From Eledone cirrhosa (lineage: Eukaryota), in contig OZ024743.1 of assembly GCA_964016885.1 (NCBI GenBank), positions 306,218,001 to 306,282,000 on the forward strand: 64,000 nucleotides of DNA. The letters are read 5' to 3'. Within the stretch, counting starts at the first letter, position 1; the number at the start of each line of letters is the position of its first letter. Shown here piece by piece: positions 29,791 through 42,780 of this stretch. Both the position numbers and the translations under genes were made by a program. The notes beneath the pieces were generated by a model. The model made no database searches and had not been told where the DNA came from. It worked only from the letters and a program-made list of their open reading frames with translations.

Positions 29791-31353
29791 GTTGTTGTGG
29801 CTGTTGTTGATATTGTTTTTTTATATTTGTTGTTGTTGTCACTATTGTTGTTCTGAATATTTTAGTAGTAGTTAGATGTTATTATTGTTGTTGTCGTTAT
29901 TGTAGATGTTGTACGTATTATAAATATTTTATTGATGTTTTTGATGATATTGTTACCATTTAGTTATGTAGATCTCTTTATGCATATAATAAGCATATAA
30001 TGTATGTATATAATCTATGTGTATATATAATATATAACATATGAGTATGTATATAATCTATGTTATATTATGTGTGTATATATTTAATCTGTGTGTATGT
30101 ATATAAAATGTATACAAGTTGTATATAAGTTGTATATAATTTGTATATAATTTGTATATAATTTGTATATAATGTAGAGAGACGTGCTTTGGTGTGTTGT
30201 GTATTGGTGAATTCAATTTTGTATATTTTGGGTAAGTTATGTTCCTTTAGTTCCGAATGCCACAGAGAAAAAGAGGTGGGGAGCAATCCAGTAAGTAATA
30301 TAATAATCCCCCCATGCCCCACCCTCAGGACAGCAATGAGGGGTGAGGATGGTTGTGGTGGATAGTTAATTGTTCATAAGTGTTGTGTCAGAATTAAACA
30401 AACAGTCTTGCTTATCTCACCACTAATCTCTGATCGAAGTTCGATTAGGAGGCTGTAAAACTTGTGAGAACCAAATGCCAAATTTAATAAAACCCAATCC
30501 AACAAACGAGTCTGTTGCTATGTTTCCACTTAAGAAAATATAATCAGCTTTATATGATGTTTGTTGAGGAGTTGAACTGCTGATATGCCGAGTTCGATTC
30601 TCACGTATATCTAGAAAATAGTCTCTTAACCCGTTCCTTACCATATTTCTAATGATAATAAAATATATATAAATTATGAGAATAAGCAAGAATTTAGAAG
30701 GGTTTAGTAAAATAAAGGACATTTTTTTTGTTTAAAGATTTTTTTAAAGAATACATCATGAGAAAATATCAAGATATATTCTTAATAGATGTTAAATATG
30801 AACACTACATTGTCAAGGTTTTACTCCCTTTCAAATCCTATTTGGTGTGTCTCGGGATACGCAAACTTTTTGCGTCCACCCCACGCCTCTCAGGACAGGT
30901 CGCAGGCCCATCGCCAGTTTTTGTGGCATGAAATGGATTCTGCAATATATTTTTCGAACAGGACCCTCTACTTAAGGCCTGAACGCGTTCCTTGTTAACC
31001 CACACAAAGGATGATGCGGTATGCTTCTTTCTGTACCTCTCACTATATTACAGTTTTGGTGGTTTTATTCGTGCCAGTCACCAATTTGAAATTCTGTATT
31101 ATAGGTGGTTTCGGGCGAGTTGATATCAAAAATAACTAGCCACACTCAATAGGATTGATCACAGGACTTAGCTTGGATTTATTCTATTGAACTTCGAAGA
31201 AAATCACTTAAATATCTAATAAAGGAAGTTCATATTAAATTAATTCTTTCGTTTTAATGACCACATTGCTGAATCTGCCCTCGCTCTCAGTTGCTTCTGG
31301 TGAGTTTTACAATCAATTCATCAGGGTCGATGTGGGCAATAGGAGAAACGGTC

Positions 31354-31716
31354 AAATTTCGCTAACTTCTTCGTAAAGTACGCTGAGGATCAGATCTTTG
31401 ATCCAGTACACTGGATCTATCTCAGAGCTGCTCAGTCGCTCTACTGATCACTTCATCGGCGCCACCGTAGTTGCCTAACAGCAACCTGTTATCTTTATTT
31501 CTTACACTAATTCGTTCCACCTCCTACTAGAATCCATTTCTAGTAGGAGGTGGAACGAATTAGTGTAAGAAATAAAGATAACAGGTTGCTGTTAGGCAAC
31601 TACGGTGGCGCCGATGAAGTGATCAGTAGAGCGACTGAGCAGCTCTGAGATAGATCCAGTGTACTGGATCAAAGATCTGATCCTCAGCGTACTTTACGAA
31701 GAAGTTAGCGAAATTT
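31354..31716. repeat. Apparently perfect inverted repeat, 179-bp arms with a 5-nt spacer
   Basis: 31354-31532 is the reverse complement of 31538-31716; spacer TCCAT. Confidence 0.92.
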
Positions 31717-33004
31717 ACTTTCTATATAATTGCCAATTTCTATTCTCTGCTCGCATAAGATTTTAGTTAGAAACACCCTAACAACCATATGTACTCAACT
31801 AATTCCATTCTAGTCTAGTCGCCATCTCAGCGACACCACAACAATTACAGACCCTCAAATTCCAATTTCTAATCACCCCCAAAATATTAGCTGTACATCT
31901 GTCGAGATATAATTACATCACAAAGAAGATGCTTCACATTCGTTCACATTGCCTTTACCAGGAGGTGTTGATGTCATCAGATGTTTCCAACATTCATTGA
32001 ATGTTTCGACCCTTAGCTTTAACACCCTCGCACTGGTGGGTCAACAGTGGTGGTCAAATTATTGCTCATCTTTTCATTCGGGTTTCTATCTTATCTCCTC
32101 TCCTTTACTCCATTTCTAAAAAGATACCTTTTCTGCTGGCTCCCTCATCCTGTGATCTACTACATTCTTCTATCTTCCTTTCCTTCCAATGGCAGTGAGC
32201 ATTCTCTATACCGATTGAGCCTGAAGAATGCTCACTGATACTACATACATTACTTGCAAACTCCGTGAAGCTCTGTATGATTTCAGAACAGTTTAGGTCA
32301 GTGGTTCTCAACATTTTTATTACCAGAGATCTCTTATATTTAAATAAATTTCCCCAGAGTCCTCTGCTCCAACTACTACCCTCAGAGATTGTTATATAGT
32401 GATAATAACAATCAAAGGAAAGAAATATTTATACTAAGAGATGAATGGAAACCATTAATGTGCGTGTATAAATTTCTTTTAACAATGTACCTGAAAATGT
32501 GAACTTAGCTCACAGAAACACACTACTAACTTTGTGAACTCCCAGTTTGTAAATCGCTTGGTGAGGCGATAGCTAAGGAGAACAAATTAGTGACGTTCTC
32601 TAATGCCAATTTGGGCAGACCGTGGCCCCACATTTCAGTACACTTGATAACGCCATAAATCACCTCTCGGTATTGGGAATTTTTGTATACTACGGGGTAT
32701 CATACACAGGAAAACACAAAGCACAACTCATTTCCTTCGCCCTCCTTGGGTTTAAATAAGTATTTTTATTTCTAAATCTTTCTAATCCCATCTAATTCAT
32801 CTGTATTTATGTTTTCGCTTCTGTTAATGTTTTCCTGATATTGTTTTTTTTTTGTCTGTGTATATGTATATATGTACATGTGGATGTGTAAATATGTCTG
32901 TATGTTTGCATATATATGTGTGCGTGTGTGTTGTTTCAGGTAAGGTTGCAGAATGTTTTTTTCTAAGAATATATGAATATTTTTGTGTATACACCTCCAC
33001 CCCA

Positions 33005-33077
<73 letters not shown>

Positions 33078-33267
33078 TATACATATGTGCGTGAGTCTGT
33101 GTACATATATTAAATGGATATGCATGTATATATGTGAAACCAGCATGAATGTATATAATGTGACTGACAAAGCTGTCCACAGATCACTGACCTTAAACTG
33201 ACCAAAAATAAAACACTTTCCTTTTTCTTGTCTTCACCTTCTTACTCTCTCTCTCTCTTTCTTTCTT

Positions 33268-33319
<52 letters not shown>

Positions 33320-35044
33320 ACTTCACTTTCTTACTCTCTCTCTCTTCACCTTTTAACCTAAGTCGCTCCTAAGTTCTCAGCTATTCTCTCTCTCATCACT
33401 TTCTTTCCACACATTTCTAATATCTAACGTTTTAGTCGCTCCTGTGTGAAAGCGTTTAGCTTAGAGGTTATTATGTTCGGCTTGGGATTGTAAGATTATA
33501 AGTCTGATTCCAGACGCCGCGTTGTGTCAAAACATTTTATTTCATTGTTGCTCCAATCTAACTCAGCAAGGAAAACGAGTTATCCATACAATTCAAAGCA
33601 CCAGCGCTTAATCGCCTTGAGAATTACGTCTAAATATTACATCTAAATATTACGTCTAAATATTACGTCTAAATATTACGTCTAAATATTTGTCTGTAGA
33701 ATGCTCAGTCACTTGTGCGTTAACTTCTCAAGCAGGAAGTTCCTTTAATTGAACTACTGAAACAATCATCGCCTAAACTGACGGAGATCCAGCATTATTT
33801 CCAGTAATTCCTCTCTATTCTCACACTCCTATGAACTAAGGACAAGGAAAACCGTTTCAGATTCTCCGGCGTAGGACTTTATCTTGAGAGCAGCAAAATC
33901 TGTTAACCCGCGCGAAAGACGATACGGTATGAACACTTTTATTGCATCTTATATTGCAGTGTTGTGGTGGTCTTATTCAGGGCCACGAAGACTAGGCTCT
34001 TTTAGAGACAGCCTTTATTCACCTCACCGTGGCTACACAACTGGGTGGTTAGATTTTTATTGGGAGCTAACAGTGTCACACATTGTTCCATCTCCGCAAG
34101 CAGTTTACCACTTTTGGTCCAAGGATGCTTATTATTCCGGGAGGTGCCCGCTTATACTGCAACTAACCCCTATATCTGGTGACTGTATCACCATCTACCA
34201 CCTGCGACCCATTCTCTAGCAGAATATCTCTGTCGAAAAAAACGGCACCAACATCTGTTGACGGCATTTATTAACTTTGAATAAATTTTTAAATATAAAC
34301 AATTGTTGTTGACAGACCATTACAAGTTAGTCTTCCATCATTGTTCATAACACACGGCCTTACAAATACACAAACAAATCTAACAGCCCTCCCTTGAGCA
34401 CACACACACACTCACACACATACGCATACACACACATATCCACACACAGAGATAAACACACAGACACATATTAGCAACCCTCCCATGAGCTGACATATTC
34501 GCACATACACATACTCAAACGAAGCACACACACACAGACACACAAACACACACAAAAACTCACATTCACATAAAAACGCTCAAACAGAATCAACCACCAA
34601 ACCACCATCGGTCGCACCCACATACACACACACTCAAATACACACAGATACATACAGACAGACTCACTTACACACCCACATACTCACACAAACGCAAACA
34701 CACACACACGCGCGCACAAACATTGAAACACTCATATACACAACCACCAGTCCACCCGTTGTCACACTCACACACACACACACAAGGCCAACTCTCACAC
34801 ATACTCAACCTCTCTTGCAGACGCAAACAGACACATATACACACTCACAAACACAGCCACACAGACACCACAGACACCACTCACACACACACACACATAC
34901 ACACACACACAGACACACACACAGATACTTATTTCCTTCATTTGTTCGTATTTCAAACACAATACATGCAAGAATAAAATAAGAAATAGCTCCGATGTAT
35001 TTATGTTATATATACTAGCTACCCACACCACCCATTTACATATG

Positions 35045-36786
35045 TATTAGCTATCCACCCTAGCCCACTGTATAGATATTAGCTATCCACCCTAGCCCAC
35101 TGTATAGATATTAGCTATCCACCCTAGCCCACTGTATAGATATTAGCTATCCACCCTGGCCCACTGTATAGATATTAGCTATCCACCCTGGCCCACTGTA
35201 TAGATATTAGCTATCCACCCTAGCCCACTGTATAGATATTAGCTATCCACCCTGGCCCACTGTATAGATATTAGCTATCCACCCTAGCCCACTGTATAGA
35301 TATTAGCTATCCACCCTGGCCCACTGTATAGATATTAGCTATCCACCCTGGCCCACTGTATAGATATTAGCTATCCACCCTAGCCCACTGTATAGATATT
35401 AGCTATCCACCCTGGCCCACTGTATAGATATTAGCTATCCACCCTAGCCCACTGTATAGATATTAGCTATCCACCCTGGCCCACTGTATAGATATTAGCT
35501 ATCCACCCTAGCCCACTGTATAGATATTAGCTATCCACCCTGGCCCACTGTATAGATATTAGCTATCCACCCTAGCCCACTGTATAGATATTAGCTATCC
35601 ACCCTGGCCCACTGTATAGATATTAGCTATCCACCCTAGCCCACTGTATAGATATTAGCTATCCACCCTAGCCCACTGTATAGATATTAGCTATCCACCC
35701 TGGCCCACTGTATAGATATTAGCTATCCACCCTGGCCCACTGTATAGATATTAGCTATCATCCCTGGCCCACTGTATAGATATTAGCTATCCACCCTAGC
35801 CCACTGTATAGATATTAGCTATCCACCCTGGCCCACTGTATAGATATTAGCTATCCACCCTAGCCCACTGTATAGATATTAGATATCCACCCTAGCCCAC
35901 TGTATAGATATTAGCTATCCAGCCTGGCCCACTGTATAGATATTAGCTATCCACCCTCGCCCACTGTATAGATATTAGCTATCCACCCTGGCCCACTGTA
36001 TAGATATTAGCTATCCACCCTGGCCCACTGTATAGATATTAGCTATCCACCCTAGCCCACTGTATAGATATTAGCTATCCACCCTGGCCCACTGTATAGA
36101 TATTAGCTATCCACCCTAGCCCACTGTATAGATATTAGCTATCCACCCTGGCCCACTGTATAGATATTAGCTATCCACCCTGGCCCACTGTATAGATATT
36201 AGCTATCCACCCTGGCCCACTGTATAGATATTAGCTATCCACCCTAGCCCACTGTATAGATATTAGCTATCCACCCTGGCCCACTGTATAGATATTAGCT
36301 ATCCACCCTAGCTCACTGTATAGATATTAGCTATCCACCCTAGCCCACTGTATAGATATTAGCTATCCACTCTGGCCCACTGTATAGATATTAGCTATCC
36401 ACCCTGGCCCACTGTATAGATATTAGCTATCCACCCTAGCTCACTGTATAGATATTAGCTATCCACCCTAGCCCACTGTATAGATATTAGCTATCCACCC
36501 TAGCCCACTGTATAGATATTAGCTATCCACCCTGGCCCACTGTATAGATATTAGCTATCCACCCTAGCCCACTGTATAGATATTAGCTATCCACCCTAAC
36601 CCACTGTATAGATATTAGCTATCCACCCTAGCCCACTGTATAGATATTAGCTATCTACCCTAGCCCACTGTATAGATATTAGCTATCCACCCTGGCCCAC
36701 TGTATAGATATTAGCTATCCACCCTGGCCCACTGTATAGATATTAGCTATCCACCCTAACCCACTGTATAGATATTAGCTATCCAA
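35045..36786. repeat. 32-bp tandem satellite, ~54 copies (TATTAGCTATCCACCCTRGCCCACTGTATAGA)
   Basis: Period 32 read directly; frequent A/G variant; degenerate relatives continue to about 38100. Confidence 0.97.
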
Positions 36787-36839
36787 CCCCAACATATTGT
36801 ATATATTAAATACCCACCCACTCTTATAATATATTAATT

Positions 36840-37156
36840 GTTTCTACTTTTGGCACAAGGCCATCAATTACCCAGTGCATTACTGGTACTTTATTTTATC
36901 GACCCCGTAAGGATGAAAGGCAAAGTTAACATCGACGGGATTTGAACTCAAACCGTAAAGGGACGTAACTATGCTAGAAAGCTATCGGTAGAGGGTCGGA
37001 ACGCCATGCTTTCCAGCATAGTTACGTCCCTTTACGGTCTGAGTTCAAATTCCGCCGAGGTTAACTTTGCCTTTCATCCTTACGGGGTCGATAAAATAAA
37101 GTACCAGTAATGTACTGAGATAATTGCTGGCCTTGTGCCAAAAGTAGAAACAATTG
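36840..37156. mobile_element. Head-to-head inverted SINE structure within degenerate satellite
   Basis: Minus copy 36840-36982 and plus copy about 36983-37156; TATATTAATT flanks both sides. Confidence 0.85.
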
Positions 37157-37644
37157 TATATTAATTACCCACCCAACCACATTATATATAAATTAACTAC
37201 CCACCCGCCATATTATATATATTAGATACCCACGCTCCCAACATATATATATTAAATACCTATCCAATCTTATTATATATTAACTACCCACCCAAACCCA
37301 CTATATATAAATTAACTACCCACCCCGCCATATTATATATATTAAATACCCACCTCACCCTATTATATATATTAAATACCCACCCAATCTTATTACATAT
37401 ATATTAGCTATCCACCCAACACCACTATATATATATTAGCTACCCACCCCACCTTATAGTAAATATATATTAACTACCCACCAAATTTTATTATATATAA
37501 TAGCTACCTACCCTACCACACTATATATATATTAACTACCCACCCCACCTTATTATATATATTAGCTACCCACCCCAGCCCACCCCACATTATTATATAT
37601 ATTAGCTACCCACCCCACTCCAATTTATTATATATATAATACGG

Positions 37645-37933
37645 CCCTTGCCATTCTGAGTTCAAATCCCGCCGAGGTTAACTTAGCCTTTCATCCTTAC
37701 GGGGTCGATAAAATATGGTACCAGTAATGTACTGGGATAATTGCTGGCCTTGTGCCAATAGTAGAAACAATTATATATATAATATGCTTTGAAGCATAGA
37801 GTTACGTCCCTTTATGATCTGAGTTCAAATCCCGCCGAGGTTAACTTTGCCTTTCATCCTTACGGGGTCAATAAAATAAAGTACCAGTAATACACCGGGT
37901 TTTTGCTGGCCTTGTGCCAAAAGTAGAAACAAT
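37645..37933 (+). mobile_element. Two tandem truncated SINE copies
   Basis: Both end in GTAGAAACAATTATATATAT. Confidence 0.85.
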
Positions 37934-38904
37934 TATATATATAATAGCTATCCACCCCACTTTATTATCTATAATAGCTATCCACCCCACTTTATTATAT
38001 ATAATAACTAGCCCCCTCCCCCAGCTTATTATATATATATATATATATATTAGCTACCCATCCCACCTTATTGTAAATATATATTAATACCCACCCCACC
38101 TAACTCTCTGCCAATGACAAGAAAAATGCTGACATGCACACCACAGTGGATTTAAACGAAGAATTTGGCTCAGAACCAAATGTCTATTGTTTTAGTTAAT
38201 ATTTAATTTATAAAACTATATACATATATAAAAAAAATATATGCACGCACACACATATAATTTAATTATAATTTAAATACGCATATTTCAAATAAAATTA
38301 ACGCCTTTATATATCGATTGCGTTGGTCGATATTTTCTTTAACTCCCAGTTTAAACACAAAATCTCTTACCCCACCTCTCTCTCAGCACTACCAATAACT
38401 CCCAGTTTCAACGCAAAACCTCTCACCACAACCCATAACCGCCAGTTTGACAACACAACCTCCCATTTACCCTCTCTCATCACCAACAGCATATGTGTCA
38501 TGCTCAGCCACTTGCACGCTAATTCGACGAGTCTATTGTACAGTTGACTGAACAATTGGATTGCTCTTTGTTGAAACAGACGGAGGCTCGTTCATTCCCA
38601 CTACACCACACTACAGCATAATACAGCGTATACATGGTTGAGTATTCCTCAGACACTTGTACCCGTAACGTAATTCACAAGCTGATACAGTATCTGGCAA
38701 AGCTGAAGCTTTAAATTACAGGTACAGCATTTTCATGTATTTATATAAATATAAATACATTTTCTACATTCTGCACGACATATATAGCGTTTCTCTGTAC
38801 ACTTAATCGCAGAGTTAGTTATTCTCTGATGAGTACACAATAATGCATGAAATGGATAAAGTACCTATACACATACACACCCAAACACAGACATACACAC
38901 ACGC

Positions 38905-39018
<114 letters not shown>

Positions 39019-39175
39019 CCAAATTATATGATTATATATATAGAGAAAAGGCCTTTTTCTCTATATATATAAACATACATCTTTTAAGTTGGTTATTATG
39101 GCTCTAGATGAAGTTTATTGAGCTTACTTATTGAGAAACAAAATTCTAAACATATTTGTTATGTTTTGATTCATA

Positions 39176-39210
<35 letters not shown>

Positions 39211-39356
39211 TTTTGAGTTTATGTTGGTTGTATACCAACACCTCAGTATACAGGCTGGAGCACTCGACGAAGTGCGCAGGTTGGTTTGGTTACTCCGGAG
39301 TAGTGTAAAATAAAGTTAAATAAAAGTCAAATGATTAAAATTTAGCTTCGTTTATT

Positions 39357-39411
39357 ACTGCTATATATATTTCAGTGACAGCCATCTTTGGCTGTGACCT
39401 CTTCAGGCAGT
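39357..39411 (-). ncRNA. Type I hammerhead ribozyme, canonical core
   Basis: Minus: ACTGC-CTGAAGA-GGTcACAGCCAaagaTGGCTGTcACT-GAAA-TATATA-TA-GCAGT; palindromic stem III. Confidence 0.85.
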
Positions 39412-39636
39412 TTGAATTAGTATGGTATAGACAAGTACATATGTTGTTTAGGTGTATAATATTGTCAATACTCTGATATGCCCAGTTCCTTGTTGGGTTG
39501 TTATTTCACTGATGAACTGGAGTCATATGACTCTACTACCCTAAGTATTGAGTGCTCTGGTGCGTTATGGTCCACCTCGCATCTTACCACACCCTCTTTG
39601 TTACATATTATATATGTATATACTGTGTGTGTATAT

Positions 39637-39674
<38 letters not shown>

Positions 39675-40157
39675 GGAGGTGAGTGTTATTGTATAACAAT
39701 AAAACTATGCAAATATATATATCTTTTTTACATAAATATCTGTTCACACATTTTTCTCACATTTCTCAATTACACTCTATTTAAACAAACTATTATCTTC
39801 TACGCTTATAAATCATTTAATTTCATTTTATTCTATTTTAATAATACATTTCAGACCTTTTAATCAATTTTTTAGTATATAAACCCTAAATAAATAATAT
39901 ACCTAGTTTCTATATCTGTAATTTAAGCACATAAACCTCATCAATTTATTTTTTAGCCGTTATTCATAGCTATTTTTCATTTTTGACAGCGTTTCCCGAT
40001 CAAAAGTCTCTCTCCCTCTTTTTCCTTTTCCTTCTCTTTCCTTTTCCTTCTTCCTTCTTTTTTCCAATCTTCTCTCTCCTTTTATATTTTTTTATCATAT
40101 GTTGACTTGATACTTTCTTGTTCACAAGTGTTTTTTTAGGCATCATATCATATTACC

Positions 40158-40227
40158 TTATTTTATCTGATGAGAACGCAACTATCGTCCCAGGATGATA
40201 TTTGTTTTTGAAATGCTCATAATAAAA
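40158..40227 (+). ncRNA. Type I hammerhead ribozyme with long stem II and minimal stem III
   Basis: TTAT-CTGATGA-GAAcGCAAcTATCGTCCcaGGATGATAtTTGTtTTT-GAAA-TGC-TC-ATAA. Confidence 0.7.
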
Positions 40228-40284
40228 TATATGGAACTTTTTAAATTTTTTAATCATCTTTTAATTTCTTCTCTCTCTCTCTCC

Positions 40285-40318
<34 letters not shown>

Positions 40319-40538
40319 AATTAAGTTAAAAATGTACATCCACATATGTATACTGAAATATTAGTATGCATATGAATACACACACGTGTACATATGTAGA
40401 TGTACCGAGTTTTTCACTGGACACTTTACTGTGAGTGTTCAGCTATTCTGTATGTAAACACACAGACAAACCGGTTTTTAGAGTCATACTGGTTTTCGAG
40501 GAAACACCTTTCCTCTATTCTCCAGAAAGCTAGACAGG

Positions 40539-40583
40539 AATATTGGACTAGTTTCGATGTTGTTACATCTCATCAGCAATATT
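40539..40583 (-). ncRNA. Type I hammerhead ribozyme, unit 1
   Basis: Minus: AATATTG-CTGATGA-GATGTaacaACATC-GAAA-CTAG-TC-CAATATT; GUC triplet; palindromic ACTAGT stem III. Confidence 0.93.
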
Positions 40584-41001
40584 TACCTATTCCGGCCTTT
40601 CTAGAGAATCGTAAAAGCACATATCGTTATATGCTTTTTCTATGAAAATTAGTAGTGGGCAGACTAATTTGCATAGAGCGTGAGTACGTACCGGTTCAGC
40701 GGAGACGATGAAAACAAATAACGAAACGAAATTAAATTTCGCTTCGTTTGTAACTCACTTTTGTATGACTGACGCTTAAACAATTAAGTTAAAAATGTAC
40801 ATCCACATATGTATACTGAAATATTAGTATGCATATGAATACACACACGTGTACATATGTAGATGTACCGAGTTTTTCACTGGACACTTTACTGTGAGTG
40901 TTCAGCTATTCTGTATGTAAACACACAGACAAACCGGTTTTTAGAGTCATACTGGTTTTCGAGGAAACACCTTTCCTCTATTCTCCAGAAAGCTAGACAG
41001 G

Positions 41002-41046
41002 AATATTGGACTAGTTTCGATGTTGTTACATCTCATCAGCAATATT
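41002..41046 (-). ncRNA. Type I hammerhead ribozyme, unit 2
   Basis: Identical to 40539-40583. Confidence 0.93.
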
Positions 41047-41464
41047 TACCTATTCCGGCCTTTCTAGAGAATCGTAAAAGCACATATCGTTATATGCTTT
41101 TTCTATGAAAATTAGTAGTGGGCAGACTAATTTGCATAGAGCGTGAGTACGTACCGGTTCAGCGGAGACGATGAAAACAAATAACGAAACGAAATTAAAT
41201 TTCGCTTCGTTTGTAACTCACTTTTGTATGACTGACGCTTAAACAATTAAGTTAAAAATGTACATCCACATATGTATACTGAAATATTAGTATGCATATG
41301 AATACACACACGTGTACATATGTAGATGTACCGAGTTTTTCACTGGACACTTTACTGTGAGTGTTCAGCTATTCTGTATGTAAACACACAGACAAACCGG
41401 TTTTTAGAGTCATACTGGTTTTCGAGGAAACACCTTTCCTCTATTCTCCAGAAAGCTAGACAGG

Positions 41465-41509
41465 AATATTGGACTAGTTTCGATGTTGTTACATCTCATC
41501 AGCAATATT
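41465..41509 (-). ncRNA. Type I hammerhead ribozyme, unit 3
   Basis: Identical to 40539-40583. Confidence 0.93.
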
Positions 41510-41990
41510 TACCTATTCCGGCCTTTCTAGAGAATCGTAAAAGCACATATCGTTATATGCTTTTTCTATGAAAATTAGTAGTGGGCAGACTAATTTGCAT
41601 AGAGCGTGAGTACGTACCGGTTCAGCGGAGACGATGAAAACAAATAACGAAACGAAATTAAATTTCGCTTCGTTTGTAACTCACTTTTGTATGACTGACG
41701 CTTAAACAATTAAGTTAAAAATGTACATCCACATATGTATACTGAAATATTAGTATGACTCTAAAAACCGGTTTGTCTGTGTGTTTACATACAGAATAGC
41801 TGAACACTCACAGTAAAGTGTCCAGTGAAAAACTCGGTACATCTACATATGTACACGTGTGTGTATTCATATGCATACTAATATTTCAGTATACATATGT
41901 GGATGTACATTTTTAACTTAATTGTTTAAGCGTCAGTCATACAAAAGTGAGTTACAAACGAAGCGAAATTTAATTTCGTTTCGTTATTTG

Positions 41991-42046
<56 letters not shown>

Positions 42047-42127
42047 ATATATATATATATATATCCTCAATGAACGTATAACATGAAGCTCACATGAAGC
42101 TATGTCACTTTCTTTACACCAATTATT

Positions 42128-42187
42128 TTATTTTATCCGACGAAGGCGTACTAAAATATTTGTACCCTTGAAATACGTATAATAAAA
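42128..42187 (+). ncRNA. Hammerhead-like motif, variant core CCGACGA
   Basis: TTTTAT-CCGACGA-AGGcGTAC..GTACCCTt-GAAA-TACG-TA-TAATAAAA; same flanks as the 40158 motif. Confidence 0.55.
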
Positions 42188-42323
42188 TAAATATGGTTTT
42201 ATAAAGATATTTTCCATTTATTAATATTATTGATATTAATGATACTCCGGATAACTACGGTTGAGTGCTTCTAATCTGTTGTAAATTAACTTTGTTGGAT
42301 AATCAACAACCAAATAACTCATT

Positions 42324-42357
<34 letters not shown>

Positions 42358-42358
<1 letters not shown>

Positions 42359-42396
42359 CGAGCTGAAGATCCGCAAGGTGAGACAATTGTTCTCGG
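42358..42396 (+). ncRNA. Type I hammerhead motif (GAAA mutated to GAGA)
   Basis: CCGAG-CTGAAGA-tCCgcaaGGt-GAGA-CAATTG-TT-CTCGG; sister copies at 3095 and 8673 keep GAAA. Confidence 0.75.
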
Positions 42397-42427
42397 TATG
42401 GTGAACTAACTGTTGTGTTACTACTTT

Positions 42428-42504
<77 letters not shown>

Positions 42505-42715
42505 TATATAAAACTTTATTTTATTTTGAGTTAAGGCTCTATTGATTTTTCCCTGGATTTCACCAAATTCTGTGGATGAATCTATATCCTGATTCTTTTT
42601 GAATTGACTTTGAATTATTTTCCGACATCTTACTATTTTTCCATTTTGACGCTATAGTCACTTATATATTATGGAATACTGTTGGCTTCTTGCTACAATA
42701 ATTTCTATACTTTTC

Positions 42716-42780
<65 letters not shown>

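Larger units (their letters stand above)
40314..41992 (-). mobile_element. Retrozyme-like tandem array: 3.1 x 463-bp units plus an inverted 240-bp segment, inserted in (TA)n
   Basis: Unit starts at 40314, 40777, 41240 and 41703; no differences seen between units; 41752-41992 is inverted; one HHR per unit. Confidence 0.9.

Noticed and set aside
28597-29875. Long Gly/Cys/Arg-rich, His-rich and poly-Val ORFs
   Set aside because: All are frames of one NGT microsatellite with no synonymous third-position variation; not credible as a structural protein.
32300-32560. hAT/Charlie-like CAGTGGTTCTCAA terminus
   Set aside because: The matching right end is too degenerate and no TSD was found.
35045-36786. 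CRISPR-like 32-bp periodicity
   Set aside because: No unique spacers, no cas genes, eukaryotic context.
38822-38862. CTGATGA...GAAA spacing
   Set aside because: Stems I and II are too weak to call.
40400-40645. 81-aa ORF repeated three times
   Set aside because: A by-product of the tandem unit, antisense to the ribozyme, with no recognisable motif.
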